From Dendrobates tinctorius (taxonomy: Eukaryota): DNA of 64,000 nt. Shown piece after piece: positions 37,301 to 47,621 of the stretch. Where the stretch lies: contig NW_027361792.1 in assembly GCF_039654945.1 (NCBI RefSeq), positions 5,456,001 to 5,520,000 on the forward strand, given 5' to 3'. The position numbers were made by a program, and so were the translations under genes. Within the stretch, counting starts at the first letter, position 1, and every line of letters starts with the position of its first letter. The notes below the pieces were generated by a model. It was given only the letters and a program-made list of their open reading frames with translations. It searched no databases and had not been told where the DNA came from.

Positions 37301-40300
37301 GGAGGGAGAAGGCGAGGAGAGCGGAGGGAGAAGGCGAGGAGAGCGGAGGGAGAAGGCGAGGAGAGCGGAGGGAGAAGGCGAGGAGAGCGGAGGGAGAAGG
37401 CGAGGAGAGCGGAGGGAGAAGGCGAGGAGAGCGGAGGGAGAAGGCGAGGAGAGCGGAGGGAGAAGGCGAGGAGAGCGGAGGGAGAAGGCGAGGAGAGCGG
37501 AGGGAGAAGGCGAGGAGAGCGGAGGGAGAAGGCGAGGAGAGCGGAGGGAGAAGGCGAGGAGAGCGGAGGGAGAAGGCGAGGAGAGCGGAGGGAGAAGGCG
37601 AGGAGAGCGGAGGGAGAAGGCGAGGAGAGCGGAGGGAGAAGGCGAGGAGAGCGGAGGGAGAAGGCGAGGAGAGCGGAGGGAGAAGGCGAGGAGAGCGGAG
37701 GGAGAAGGCGAGGAGAGCGGAGGGAGAAGGCGAGGAGAGCGGAGGGAGAAGGCGAGGAGAGCGGAGGGAGAAGGCGAGAAGGGAAGGAGGCTCCGGTTAC
37801 AGTAAGTCACAGCATGAAAAAGTGCCAATATCGCTCATAAATAGAAGCGCTATCATACGGCAGTCACAAAACCCAAACCTTGCAGACAGACCAACATTCT
37901 TGCAAGTTTTCTTTTTGCATCTCATCCTACTGATTGTCTTGGCTTCTAGCCTGTTTTACCATTACCTCCAGAGCTGCATTCAGAAATCTGCAGTATGACA
38001 TCAGTCTGGAAGAAGCATTTTCTGCTGCACTGCATTGTCAGGATGTAGTGAGCACATCGGGCTTGTACCAAACAGTCGGTGACATCCCCAGCACAGTGAT
38101 CAGCGGAAGTTTGAATACAGCTCCGGAGGTGTAACAAAATACTGCTCCTTTATACAATACCTTTCAGAGAACTGATCATCCGGGGGCAGTGTTCTCCCAG
38201 ATAGGCCTTCAGGGTGTCCCAGGCCGCCTTCAGCTTGGCGTAATGATGCATGTACCTTCCCAAATCATTATAATATTCCAAAAATGTCACCTTCCAGCTG
38301 CAGTTCTTCTGGGCCTTCTTGTCCCTGGAAGAAGACACTAGACTTTATTAGCCATCGTTAGAAGCTGAGTTTTTCAGAGGCGCATGCAATAAAAAAAAAA
38401 AAAAAAAAAAATTGGGACCCATAGGTGGACAACCCCTTTAAGAGAAAAAAAGCTGCAAACCACAGAACCTGAGGTCATGGGGTTAAATCCGCTGCAAACA
38501 TGTGACACGTCTGCATGCGACGCCGGGTGGATTTTGCTGCAGGATCCATTGCGCCCACTTACTCGGACACCAGCCAGTACCGCCGGCACGGCCACTTCCA
38601 CAGGGGATCATGGTTGCACAGTTGGTTAAATCTTCTGTTCAGGAGACTGCAGCTGTAATATATAGATAAAGAAGGGGATGGTAACCGGCAGTCGCAGGGT
38701 CAATAAGGGCACAGATCAGATTATTAACCACTTAATGCCTGATCCATCATGCCTCCATGGGATCAGCTCCAACCCCTCTTGTTTAACCCCCTAGGTGCTG
38801 CTGTCCCTACTAACCACAGTGTATGGGGTGGTCAGACAGAGGGGCTCCCCACGTCAGCCCATCGCCCCAGAGAGGGGGGAGCCACAGGAGGAGAGCCGGA
38901 ATGGGGCCGACATGTGGGGGGGGGGGGGGGGGCGGCTGTTTACTGCTCCCAGGATCTGTCCCCACCAGATACCGATCCCTCAGGGGCCTCTAATAACAAC
39001 TGCTTATCTCCGGGCTCCATGTGCAAACACTGACGATGCAGAACCACAGCCCAAAGTAAAGATCAGGAGGAAGACAGAGGGAGAGGAGGCCTCCAGCCAG
39101 CAGAACAGCGCCACCCGAGTGCACGGGCGACGGCCCGAATTACAGCTCCGGCCCCGGACAGGTGGGGGGAGGGGGCGGTGATGGGAAAATAACCCAGATT
39201 TCAGTCTTTGCAATCTGCAGCAAAACGGCAGAGCGGGTGTGTCGCGAGGTTCCGCAGCAGCCGGGGAGCACGTCACAATGTCCGACAGGTAAAAGTCTTG
39301 TGAAACGCACAGTCACGATAAACCTGCCCCACAACCTCCATCTTGCCCTCGGACGGGGTTTTCTTTTGCCATTTCTCAGACACAGAGTCGGACAGATCCA
39401 CGGGGCCCCCCCATACACAGTGCCGGCCGGACCCGCGGGGACCCCCCATACACAGTGCCGGCCGGACGCGCGGGGACCCCCCATACACAGTGCCGGCCGG
39501 ACGCGCGGGGACCCCCCATACACAGTGCCAGCCGGACGCGCGGGGACCCCCATACACAGTGCCAGCCGGACGCGCGGGGACCCCCATACACAGTGCCGGC
39601 CGGACCCGGGGCCCCCATACACAGTGCCGGCTGGACCCACGGGGCCCCCCATACACAGTGCCGGCCGGACCCGTGGGGACCCCCATACACAGTGCCGGCC
39701 GGACCCGGGGCCCCCATACACAGTGCCGGCCGGACCCGCGGGGACCCCCATACACAGTGCCGGCCGGACCCGTGGGGACCCCCATACACAGTGCCGGCCA
39801 GACCCGCGGGGCCCCCATACACAGTGCCGGCCGGACGCGCGGGGACCCCCATACACAGTGCCGGCCGGACGCGCGGGGACCCCCATACACAGTGCCGGCC
39901 GGACCCGCGGGGACCCCCATACACAGTGCCGGCCGGACCCGGGGCCCCCATACTCAGTGCCGGCTGGACCCACGGGGCCCCCCATACACAGTGCCGGCCG
40001 GACCCGCGGGGACCCCCATACACAGTGCCGGCCGGACCCGGGGCCCCCATACTCAGTGCCGGCCGGACCCGTGGGGACCCCCATACACAGTGCCGGCCGG
40101 ACCCGGGGCCCCCATACTCAGTGCCGGCTGGACCCACGGGGCCCCCCATACACAGTGCCGGCCGGACCCGCGGGGACCCCCATACACAGTGCCGGCCGGA
40201 CCCGGGGCCCCCATACTCAGTGCCGGCCGGACCCGTGGGGACCCCCATACACAGTGCCGGCCAGACCCCGCGGGGACCCCCATACACAGTGCCGGCCAGA

Positions 40301-40823
40301 CCCACGGGGCCCCCATACACAGTGCCGGCCGGACCCGCGGGGACCCCCATACACAGTGCCGGCCGGACCCACGGGGACCCTCATACACAGTGCCGGCCGG
40401 ACCCACGGGGACCCCCCCATACACAGTGTCGGCCGGACCCACGGGGACCCTCATACACAGTGTCGGCCGGACCCACGGGGACCCCCCCATACACAGTGCC
40501 GGCCAGACCCCGTGGGGACCCCCATACACAGTGCCGGCCGGACCCGGGCCCCCCCCATACACAGTGCCGGCCGGACCCGGGGCCCCCATACACAGTGCCA
40601 GACAAGGCGTCGTCATGGCGACTATGCTATATCCACACTGATAGCCAGGACTCTCCGCTGTCAGTGGTGACTCGCTGTCCGGCCAGGTCCGGTCCGTGCG
40701 GTGCATAAGGCGGAGCAGCCGCCACTGATACCTCAGCAGGTCCCGGAAGTCCAGGTAGGACAGGATCAGCAGCAGCGGGTCGGACGGCAGCTCCGCCAGA
40801 CTCAGCTCCGTGCTCCCCGCCAT
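31246..40823 (-). CDS. FBXO3: F-box only protein 3 (F-box, SMI1/KNR4-SUKH and ApaG domains), 11 coding exons, 450 aa
   Basis: Exons 40823-40732, 38652-38563, 38324-38161, 36694-36580, 36500-36296, 36150-36105, 35404-35320, 34756-34634, 33719-33604, 32380-32190, 31371-31246; all GT-AG, 1353 nt in frame. Motifs LPSDPLLLILSYLD, GSMALSNHYRSEDLLD, ACQLDSRYWRIT...EEVQGPGVVG and YEYTSCTTF match FBXO3 as I recall it. Confidence 0.97.
31680..32125 (+). mobile_element. Tc1-like transposase remnant in FBXO3 intron 10
   Basis: PYITKHNAERRIEWC...VLCSDGSHFS and LPPDCIVPPV resemble Tc1 motifs (VLWSDES, IVPTVK). Confidence 0.7.
32190..32380 (-). CDS. FBXO3: FBXO3 exon 10
   Basis: DYPQLRPGRGYEYTSCTTFSTTSGYMEG...PRFHMKCPTFRVSTIST. 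Confidence 0.95.
33340..33490. mobile_element. Short palindromic MITE in FBXO3 intron 9
   Basis: gggtcacccttgcgagaaactcgcac... / ...gtgcgagtttcttgcaagtgtgacccc. Confidence 0.6.
33604..33719 (-). CDS. FBXO3: FBXO3 exon 9
   Basis: MEMAKNALPEKACQLDSRYWRITDAKGNVEEVQGPGVV. Confidence 0.96.
34634..34756 (-). CDS. FBXO3: FBXO3 exon 8 (ApaG start)
   Basis: YEREKDCVATTDDITISVSTSFLPELSSIHPPHYFFTYRI. Confidence 0.95.
35320..35404 (-). CDS. FBXO3: FBXO3 exon 7
   Basis: TSFTQWFTSYVNRVVSKDYPIIRDQIF. Confidence 0.95.
36105..36150 (-). CDS. FBXO3: FBXO3 exon 6
   Basis: DQTTHNPAALDMFIT, 46 nt. Confidence 0.92.
36296..36500 (-). CDS. FBXO3: FBXO3 exon 5
   Basis: LMGSMALSNHYRSEDLLDIDTAAGG...EIFYQCP. Confidence 0.96.
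36580..36694 (-). CDS. FBXO3: FBXO3 exon 4
   Basis: GVQEEDLNTIEERIGSKLPDDYRCSLRIHNGQKLVVP. Confidence 0.95.
36698..37778. repeat. 22-bp purine-rich minisatellite (GAGAGCGGAGGGAGAAGGCGAG)n, ~49 near-perfect copies
   Basis: Visible periodicity, one variant unit near 36991; abuts the FBXO3 exon 4 acceptor. Confidence 0.97.
38161..38324 (-). CDS. FBXO3: FBXO3 exon 3
   Basis: DKKAQKNCSWK...LGEHCPRMISSLK. Confidence 0.95.
38563..38652 (-). CDS. FBXO3: FBXO3 exon 2
   Basis: CSLLNRRFNQLCNHDPLWKWPCRRYWLVS; canonical splice sites. Confidence 0.93.
39401..40603. repeat. ~33-bp GC-rich minisatellite in FBXO3 intron 1
   Basis: Unit CCCATACACAGTGCCGGCCGGACCCGCGGGGAC with variants. Confidence 0.95.
40732..40823 (-). 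CDS. FBXO3: FBXO3 exon 1 (F-box start)
   Basis: MAGSTELSLAELPSDPLLLILSYLDFRDLL; aagATGG Kozak context; donor AG|GTATCA. Confidence 0.95.
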
Positions 40824-41223
40824 CTTGCAGCCGAGCAGCTGAGCGGGCGTGACTCCTCCCCTTCCCATTCACAGACTCCGCCCACCTAAACCCGAGACCA
40901 CGCCCTATCCGGCATTCATAACGTTGAAGGTGAGCGAAGGCTCCGCCCTGCATTGACAGGCCACGCCTGCGGGGAAACCGATTCCACGCCCCACACTGGA
41001 TTTCTAATATAAAATGCGAACAGCAGCTCCAGAACGTCTACATCACCGCCTCCTGAGAGGACCGCCCGCTGCACGCTGTGACCCCGCCTCCCCGAGGGTC
41101 CGAACGAGAAGGGCGACACGTAACCCCGCCCTTTCGTAGTGACAGACCACGCCTTCCCCAAAGACACGCCCCTATGTTTGTAGTATGGACCGTCAGATTA
41201 ACCTTCGCCCCTTCTGATTAATG

Positions 41224-41366
41224 GCACGCCCTCTACAAGACTGGGACACGCCCTCTACAAGACTGGGTCACGCCCTCTACAAGATTGGGACACGCCCTCT
41301 ACAAGATTGGGACACGCCCTCTACAAGACTGGGTCACGCCCTCTACAAGACTGGGACACGCCCCCT
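41224..41366. repeat. 22-bp tandem repeat, ~6.5 copies, in the FBXO3 promoter
   Basis: Unit CACGCCCTCTACAAGACTGGGA. Confidence 0.9.
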
Positions 41367-41613
41367 ACCAGGGGAGACTGGCGGCGGAGGCGGCGCCGGT
41401 TTCTCCGCTCTTCTCTCCGCTCGGTCGGGGTCGGCAGTCTCTGTCACGTGTTGGAGATGTTTGTGGTATTTTATTGTATCACAATCTGTAGAGGATGGAA
41501 AAAAAAGCTGTAATCTTGCATTTTTTGCACTGACTTCTAGGGCAAATGTAGACTTATAGGACCTGTACTTAGAGGAAGAGTTTTCAGCAGGTTCATGATC
41601 ATCACAGGCAGGA

Positions 41614-44175
41614 TTACAATGGCTGATAACACCTCTATATACAGTAGATAACACAGGATTCACCATTCACAATAGGTGGTGTCACAGCTCACCTCCCCCT
41701 CCTGCACAATGACTGATAACACCTCTATATACAGCAGATAACACAGGATCCACCATTGACAATAGGCGATATCACAGCTCACCTCCTCCTCCTGTACAAT
41801 GACTGATAACACCTCTATATACAGTAGATAACACAGGATCCACCATTCACAATAGGTGGTGTCACAGCTCACCTCCTCCTCCTGTACAATGACTGATAAC
41901 ACCTCTATATACAGTAGATAACACAGGATCCACCATTCACAATAGGTGGTGTTACAGCTCACCTCCTCCTGTACAATCACAGATAACACCTCTATATACA
42001 GTAGATAACACAGGATCCACCATTGACAATAGGTGATATCACAGCTCACCTCCTCCTCCTGTACAATGGCTGATAACACCTCTATATACAGTAGATAACA
42101 CAGGATCCACCATTCACAATAGGTGATATCACAGCTCACCTCCTCCTCCTGTACAACGACTGATAACACCTCTATATACAGCAGATAACACAGGATCCAC
42201 CATTGACAATAGGTGATATCACAGCTCACCTCCTCCTCCTTTACAATGACTGATAACACCTCTATATACAGCTGATAACACAGGATCCACCATTCACAAA
42301 AGGTGATATCACAGCTCACCTCCTCCTCCTGTACAACGACTGATAACACCTCTATATACAGCAGATAACACAGGATCCACCATTGACAATAAGTGATATC
42401 ACAGCTCACCTCCTCCTCCTTTACAATGACTGATAACACCTCTATATACAGTAGATAACACAGGATCCACCATTCACAGTAGGTGATATCACAGCTCACC
42501 TCCTCCTCCTATACAATGACTGATAACACCTCTATATACAGCTGATAACACAGGATCCACCATTGACAATAGGTGATATCACAGCTCACCTCCTCCTCCT
42601 GTACAATGACTGATATCACCTCTATATACAGCAGATAACACAGGATCCACCATTCACAATAGGTGATATCACAGCTCACCTCCTCCTCCTGTACAACGAC
42701 TGATAACACCTCTATATACAGCAGATAACACAGGATCCACCATTGACAATAGGTGATATCACAGCTCACCTCCTCCTACTGTACAATGACTAATAACACC
42801 TCTATATACAGTACATAACAGAGGATCCACCAATCACAACAAATGATGTCACAGCTCACCTCCTCCTCCTGTACAATGACTGATAACACCTCTATATACA
42901 GTAAGTAACACACGATCCACCATTCACAATAGGTGATGTCACAGTTCACCTCCTCCTCCTCCTGTATAATGACTGATAACACCTCTATATACAGTAGATA
43001 ACACAGGATCCACCATTCACAATAGGTGATATCACAGCTCACCTCCTCCTCCTATACAATGACTGATAACACCTCTACAGTATATACAGTAAGTAACACA
43101 GGATCCACCATTCACAATAGGTGATGTCACAGTTCACCTCCTCCTCCTCCTGTATAATGACTGATAACACCTCTATATACAGTAGATAACACAGGATCCA
43201 CCATTCACAATAGGTGATGTCACAGTTCACCTCCTCCTGTACAATGACTGATAACACCTCTATATACAGTAAGTAACACAGGATCCACCATTCACAATAG
43301 GTGATGTCACAGTTCACCTCCTCCTCCTCCTGTATAATGACTGATAACACCTCTATATACAGTAGATAACACAGGATCCACCATTCACAATAGGTGATAT
43401 CACAGCTCACCTCCTCCTCCTATACAATGACTGATAACACCTCTACAGTATATACAGTAAGTAACACAGGATCCACCATTCACAATAGGTGATGTCACAG
43501 TTCACCTCCTCCTCCTCCTGTATAATGACTGATAACACCTCTATATACAGTAGATAACACAGGATCCACCATTCACAATAGGTGATATCACAGCTCACCT
43601 CCTCCTCCTGTACAATGACTGATAACACCTCTATATACAGTAAGTAACACAGGATCCACCATTCACAATAGGTGATGTCACAGTTCACCTCCTCCTCCTC
43701 CTGTATAATGACTGATAACACCTCTATATACAGTAGATAACACAGGATCCACCATTCACAATAGGTGATATCACAGCTCACCTCCTCCTCCTATACAATG
43801 ACTGATAACACCTCTACAGTATATACAGTAAGTAACACAGGATCCACCATTCACAATAGGTGATGTCACAGTTCACCTCCTCCTCCTCCTGTATAATGAC
43901 TGATAACACCTCTATATACAGTAGATAACACAGGATCCACCATTCACAATAGGTGATGTTACAGCTCACCTCCTCCTCCTGTACAATGACTGATAACACC
44001 TCTATATACAGTAGATAACACAGGATCCACCATTCACAATAGGTGATATCACAGCTCACCTCCTCCTCCTATACAATGACTGATAATACCTCTATATACA
44101 GTAGATAACACAGGATCCACCATTCACAATAGATGATGTCACAGCTCACCTCCTCCTCCTCCTCTTTACACAATG
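41614..44175 (-). repeat. Same ~90-bp satellite in the opposite orientation, ~28 copies
   Basis: Reverse complement of the 7752-8420 unit; spurious SCDITYCEWW ORFs. Confidence 0.95.
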
Positions 44176-44567
44176 ACTTTTGCACACGCTCATTTGATAA
44201 TAATTTTATCATTGTTACATCAATAATCTATCTTTATTATAATAAAACATAAAGGGTCACAGTCTGGTCTTTGCAGATAATATACAGATGGTTTTTTTTT
44301 CCTGAAACAACAGGAAGTTTAGTTTAAAAAGTTATACAAGTCAGTGTGAAAATAGGAAGAAAGAAAAGGGAAAAAAGTAAATAAAAACACATAGAAAATG
44401 TTTGTTTTTTTTTAAAATTAGATTCCAAGTAATATAGATTCCACCTCCAGCTAGCCTCCCAACAGTTTGCAGAGGTGTGCATGTGATTGTAATCGATGCT
44501 AATTGAGTGAAGGGTGGAACCTTTTTTTTTTCCTATATAAATGTGTCTTTTAATAGATATATATGAT

Positions 44568-44615
44568 TTTACCTGATGAAGGCTAATTTCATGTATAGCC
44601 GAAACGCGTTGTGTT
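44568..44615 (+). ncRNA. Minimal hammerhead-ribozyme-like motif (Penelope-type remnant)
   Basis: CTGATGA, then stem GGCTA/TAGCC, then GAAAC and palindromic ACGCGT; stem I is weak. Confidence 0.4.
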
Positions 44616-45905
44616 TTTATGTCTAATAATAAACTGGATATTCCTTTAATTATTCGGAGTAATTAATGAATCAGCCGGAAGCGCTCCATGACAAACTGGA
44701 AATCCTTTTCTGCAGTGTGAAGATAGCGAGATTTCTCATAGTGAAACATGGCGGCCAAGCTGATCTATACAGCAGCCGTTCTCTGACCCTCTCGTTACAT
44801 TTATAACATCAAAAATCTAATAAATATCTAAAAAATACCAGATTGTAAAGTAAATAAATAAATAAGAAACGGGGCGCTCCTGGCAATGATTCCATGCCGG
44901 CGGGGAGCGACAGGCTTCGTAAGGTGCCATAATCTCCACTATATACTGCAATACGGAAATGCTGGCGATCAGATGGCTCTGAGTCCTTTAGAGGGGGGAA
45001 TAAAGTGCAATGTATCAAAAATGTTTAATAAATACAACAGAACAGGGGAAAAAACACACAAAAGATTAAATCACCCAGTGGCAAGAAGTATTCGGTATCC
45101 AAGTCTGTAAAAACGCCCCCCCCCCCCCCCCTTTGTGGAAAAAAAAATATGGATAAGGTGCATTTTTTTTCACTATTCCATTTTTTTTCCGTTTATCAGT
45201 GCACTTTATGGTAAAGTGACTGGTGTCATTCAAAACTACGATTGTCCTGCAAATAGAAAAATAGGGCTGCAGAAGAATAAAAAAATATATAACTCTTGGA
45301 AGAAGGGAAGGAGTAATCAGAAAATGCAGAAGAGGTGCAATATATGAGACTTTCAAAACCTTATAAACTTGTGATGGATCCATTATTTTGCAGATCTGCT
45401 GGAGTTTGCTATCTAGGTCTAGGGGCCTTCTGATCATTGAAAGCGTGCAAATATAATTTCTCTGGTTAGCCAATAAAGGTATCACTCCTTGAATACTTTT
45501 CTCAATTTTTTGGGGGGACATAAGTATTTACATCTACCTGGGTCTGGCATTGCACTGCATACATGAATCTGATGCTGTAGGACCTCATTTCTGCCACTAG
45601 ATGTCAGTCTAGGAGCGCACAGTTATCAGATTGGCGCAGCATAGTGGCGCTGATGGCGGGTGAAGGGACAATAATATGAGCGCTCTTTATTTAGTGATGT
45701 GCACACATGCACCGAAGACGTACTGATAGGGAATCTAGATTGTGAGTCCCATTTGGGACAGAGATGATGATGTCTGTAAAGCAGCGCTGCTGTATAAAAT
45801 AGCGCTATAGAAGTAATAAGCAATGTATAATAAATAAATATGCACAAGAAAAAAGTGTGCCCATTGTGTTTCATCATATGGTGCCGCTGCATTACTGCTT
45901 ACACC

Positions 45906-46147
45906 GGGGCAGCACGGCGGCTCAGTGGTTAGCCTGGGTTCGAATCCCACCAAGGACAACATCTGCAAGGAGTTTGTATGTTCTCCCCGTGTTTGCGTGG
46001 GTTTCCTCCCACATTCCAAAGACATACTGATAGGGAATTTAGATTGTGAGCCCCGTCGGGGACAGCGATGAAAATGTGTGCAAACTGTAAAGTGCTGCGG
46101 AATATGTTAGCGCTATATAAAAATAAAGATTATTATTATTATTATTA

Positions 46148-46185
<38 letters not shown>

Positions 46186-46186
46186 C
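45906..46186 (+). mobile_element. tRNA-derived SINE (V-SINE-like) with (TTA)n tail; a 3' fragment of a related copy lies at 45718-45840
   Basis: A box GGCTCAGTGG, B box GGTTCGAATCC, V-domain-like GGAGTTTGTATGTTCTCCCCGTGTTTGCGTGGGTTTCC, then (TTA)n. Confidence 0.8.
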
Positions 46187-47311
46187 ATCACTGGAGGCAT
46201 CTTCCCTAATGTGAGATTGGATGGAGCATGATATATATATTTTTTATGTTTGCAGAAAATGCGAAAAAAAAATAGTCTGTGTTCCTCCACAAGAAGTAAG
46301 AGGTACAGTTATGCCGTCTGCTTCTTAGTGAGAACTCCATTGGGGTTCTATATAATATAGAGCCATAACAGAGACGTACGTACACAAAGTACGCAGCCCA
46401 AAGATATCGTCTAACCTTTAAAGATGCGTGGAGAATTAAACAAATATATATTTTCCTACAAATTCAGGGTATGTTCACACTTTGCCTAAGGCTGAGTCAG
46501 ACGGACTTTTTCGCCCTGCGGATTTTTCCGCGCAGAATTGAAGAAATCCGCAGGTCGCATGTCCTGCATTTTTCCTGCGGGTTTCTTCCATTTTTAATGC
46601 GGTTTTCTTGCGGTTTTTGTGCGGATTTGGAGACTGGGGAGATGAAAAACCGCACAAAAGAAGTGACATGCTGCGGATTTTGTACCGCAGGAAAACCGCG
46701 CGGAAAAATCCGCAGCGTCTGCACATCGTTTTTTTTCCATTGATTGACATTATACTGTACATGACACTGCGGATCCGCAGCGTTTCTGCATCGTGTGCAC
46801 GCGGCCTTATTGTAGCGTCCCCCCCCCACACTTTCTACGTTACCACGTTGCAGAATTGAGATTTCGGACATCTTGTGCGCCCGCTGCTTACATTTCTCCT
46901 CGCAGTTTTGAAGCAGTCTCACGTCCATTCTTTCAGTATTTTTTGCAGATTTTCACATATTTAAATGAATGCGGCAAAACTGCATTAAAAGCTTTTTTTT
47001 TTTTTTTTCCGCAGCATTTTTTCTGTCAACATTCAATAACACTTTAGGAAAAAGAGAGAGATTCCTCCAAACACTGGGCCCCATTCTCCAGGTTACTGGG
47101 GTGAGGAGGGAGCTCAGCAGTCAGCACCCCCCAGCGGTCAGAACGCGAGCCCCTTTCCTGGGGCTCGGCGATTATAAATCCATATGTTGCTGTGTGTTAC
47201 GCTTTATTTCGTGGTGTGTTTGACGTTACAAATCATGTGCGGATCATCCAATAGGAATCTTAAAAATCACAAGACGTCTCATTTTTAAAAATACCGGTAG
47301 TGAAACACACC

Positions 47312-47621
47312 GGGCCTCATTTTATCAAAACGGTCTAAAAGGTTCATCTTTCTTTGTTGACCATAGCAACAAATCAGAGCTCAGCTTTCATGTCTTAAAC
47401 TGCTCTGGAAAAAATGAACGCTGCTCTCTGATTGGTTGCTATGGACAGGCTAAAAGAAAAAACAAAAACAAAACATGAACTGTCATGGCTGCCCATAGCA
47501 ACCAATCAGGGTTCACCTTGCATTCCGTGAACTGCTCTGGTAAAATGTAATCTGCGCTGTTATTGGTTGCTATGGGCAACTAAGACAACTTTTCTTCTAG
47601 ACGGTTTGGATAAATGAGGCC
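47312..47621. mobile_element. MITE with GGCCTCATTT(T)ATC TIRs and internal AGCAACCAATC repeats
   Basis: ggcctcattttatcaaaacggtct / agacggtttggataaatgaggcc. Confidence 0.55.

Larger units (their letters stand above)
40600..41450 (-). promoter_or_regulatory. FBXO3 CpG-island promoter with multiple Sp/KLF boxes
   Basis: CpG-dense around exon 1; several CCGCCC and CACGCCC motifs between 40877 and 41172. Confidence 0.6.

Noticed and set aside
36606-37998. 399-451 aa R/E/G-rich ORFs and a 377 aa S/P/L-rich ORF
   Set aside because: 22-bp repeat artefact inside FBXO3 intron 3
39140-40708. Overlapping Pro/Gly-rich, collagen- or mucin-looking ORFs
   Set aside because: GC-rich minisatellite in FBXO3 intron 1
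41660-44059. Repeated TM-like ORFs (SCDITYCEWWILCYLLY)
   Set aside because: 90-bp satellite with scattered stops; the same unit occurs intronically at 7752
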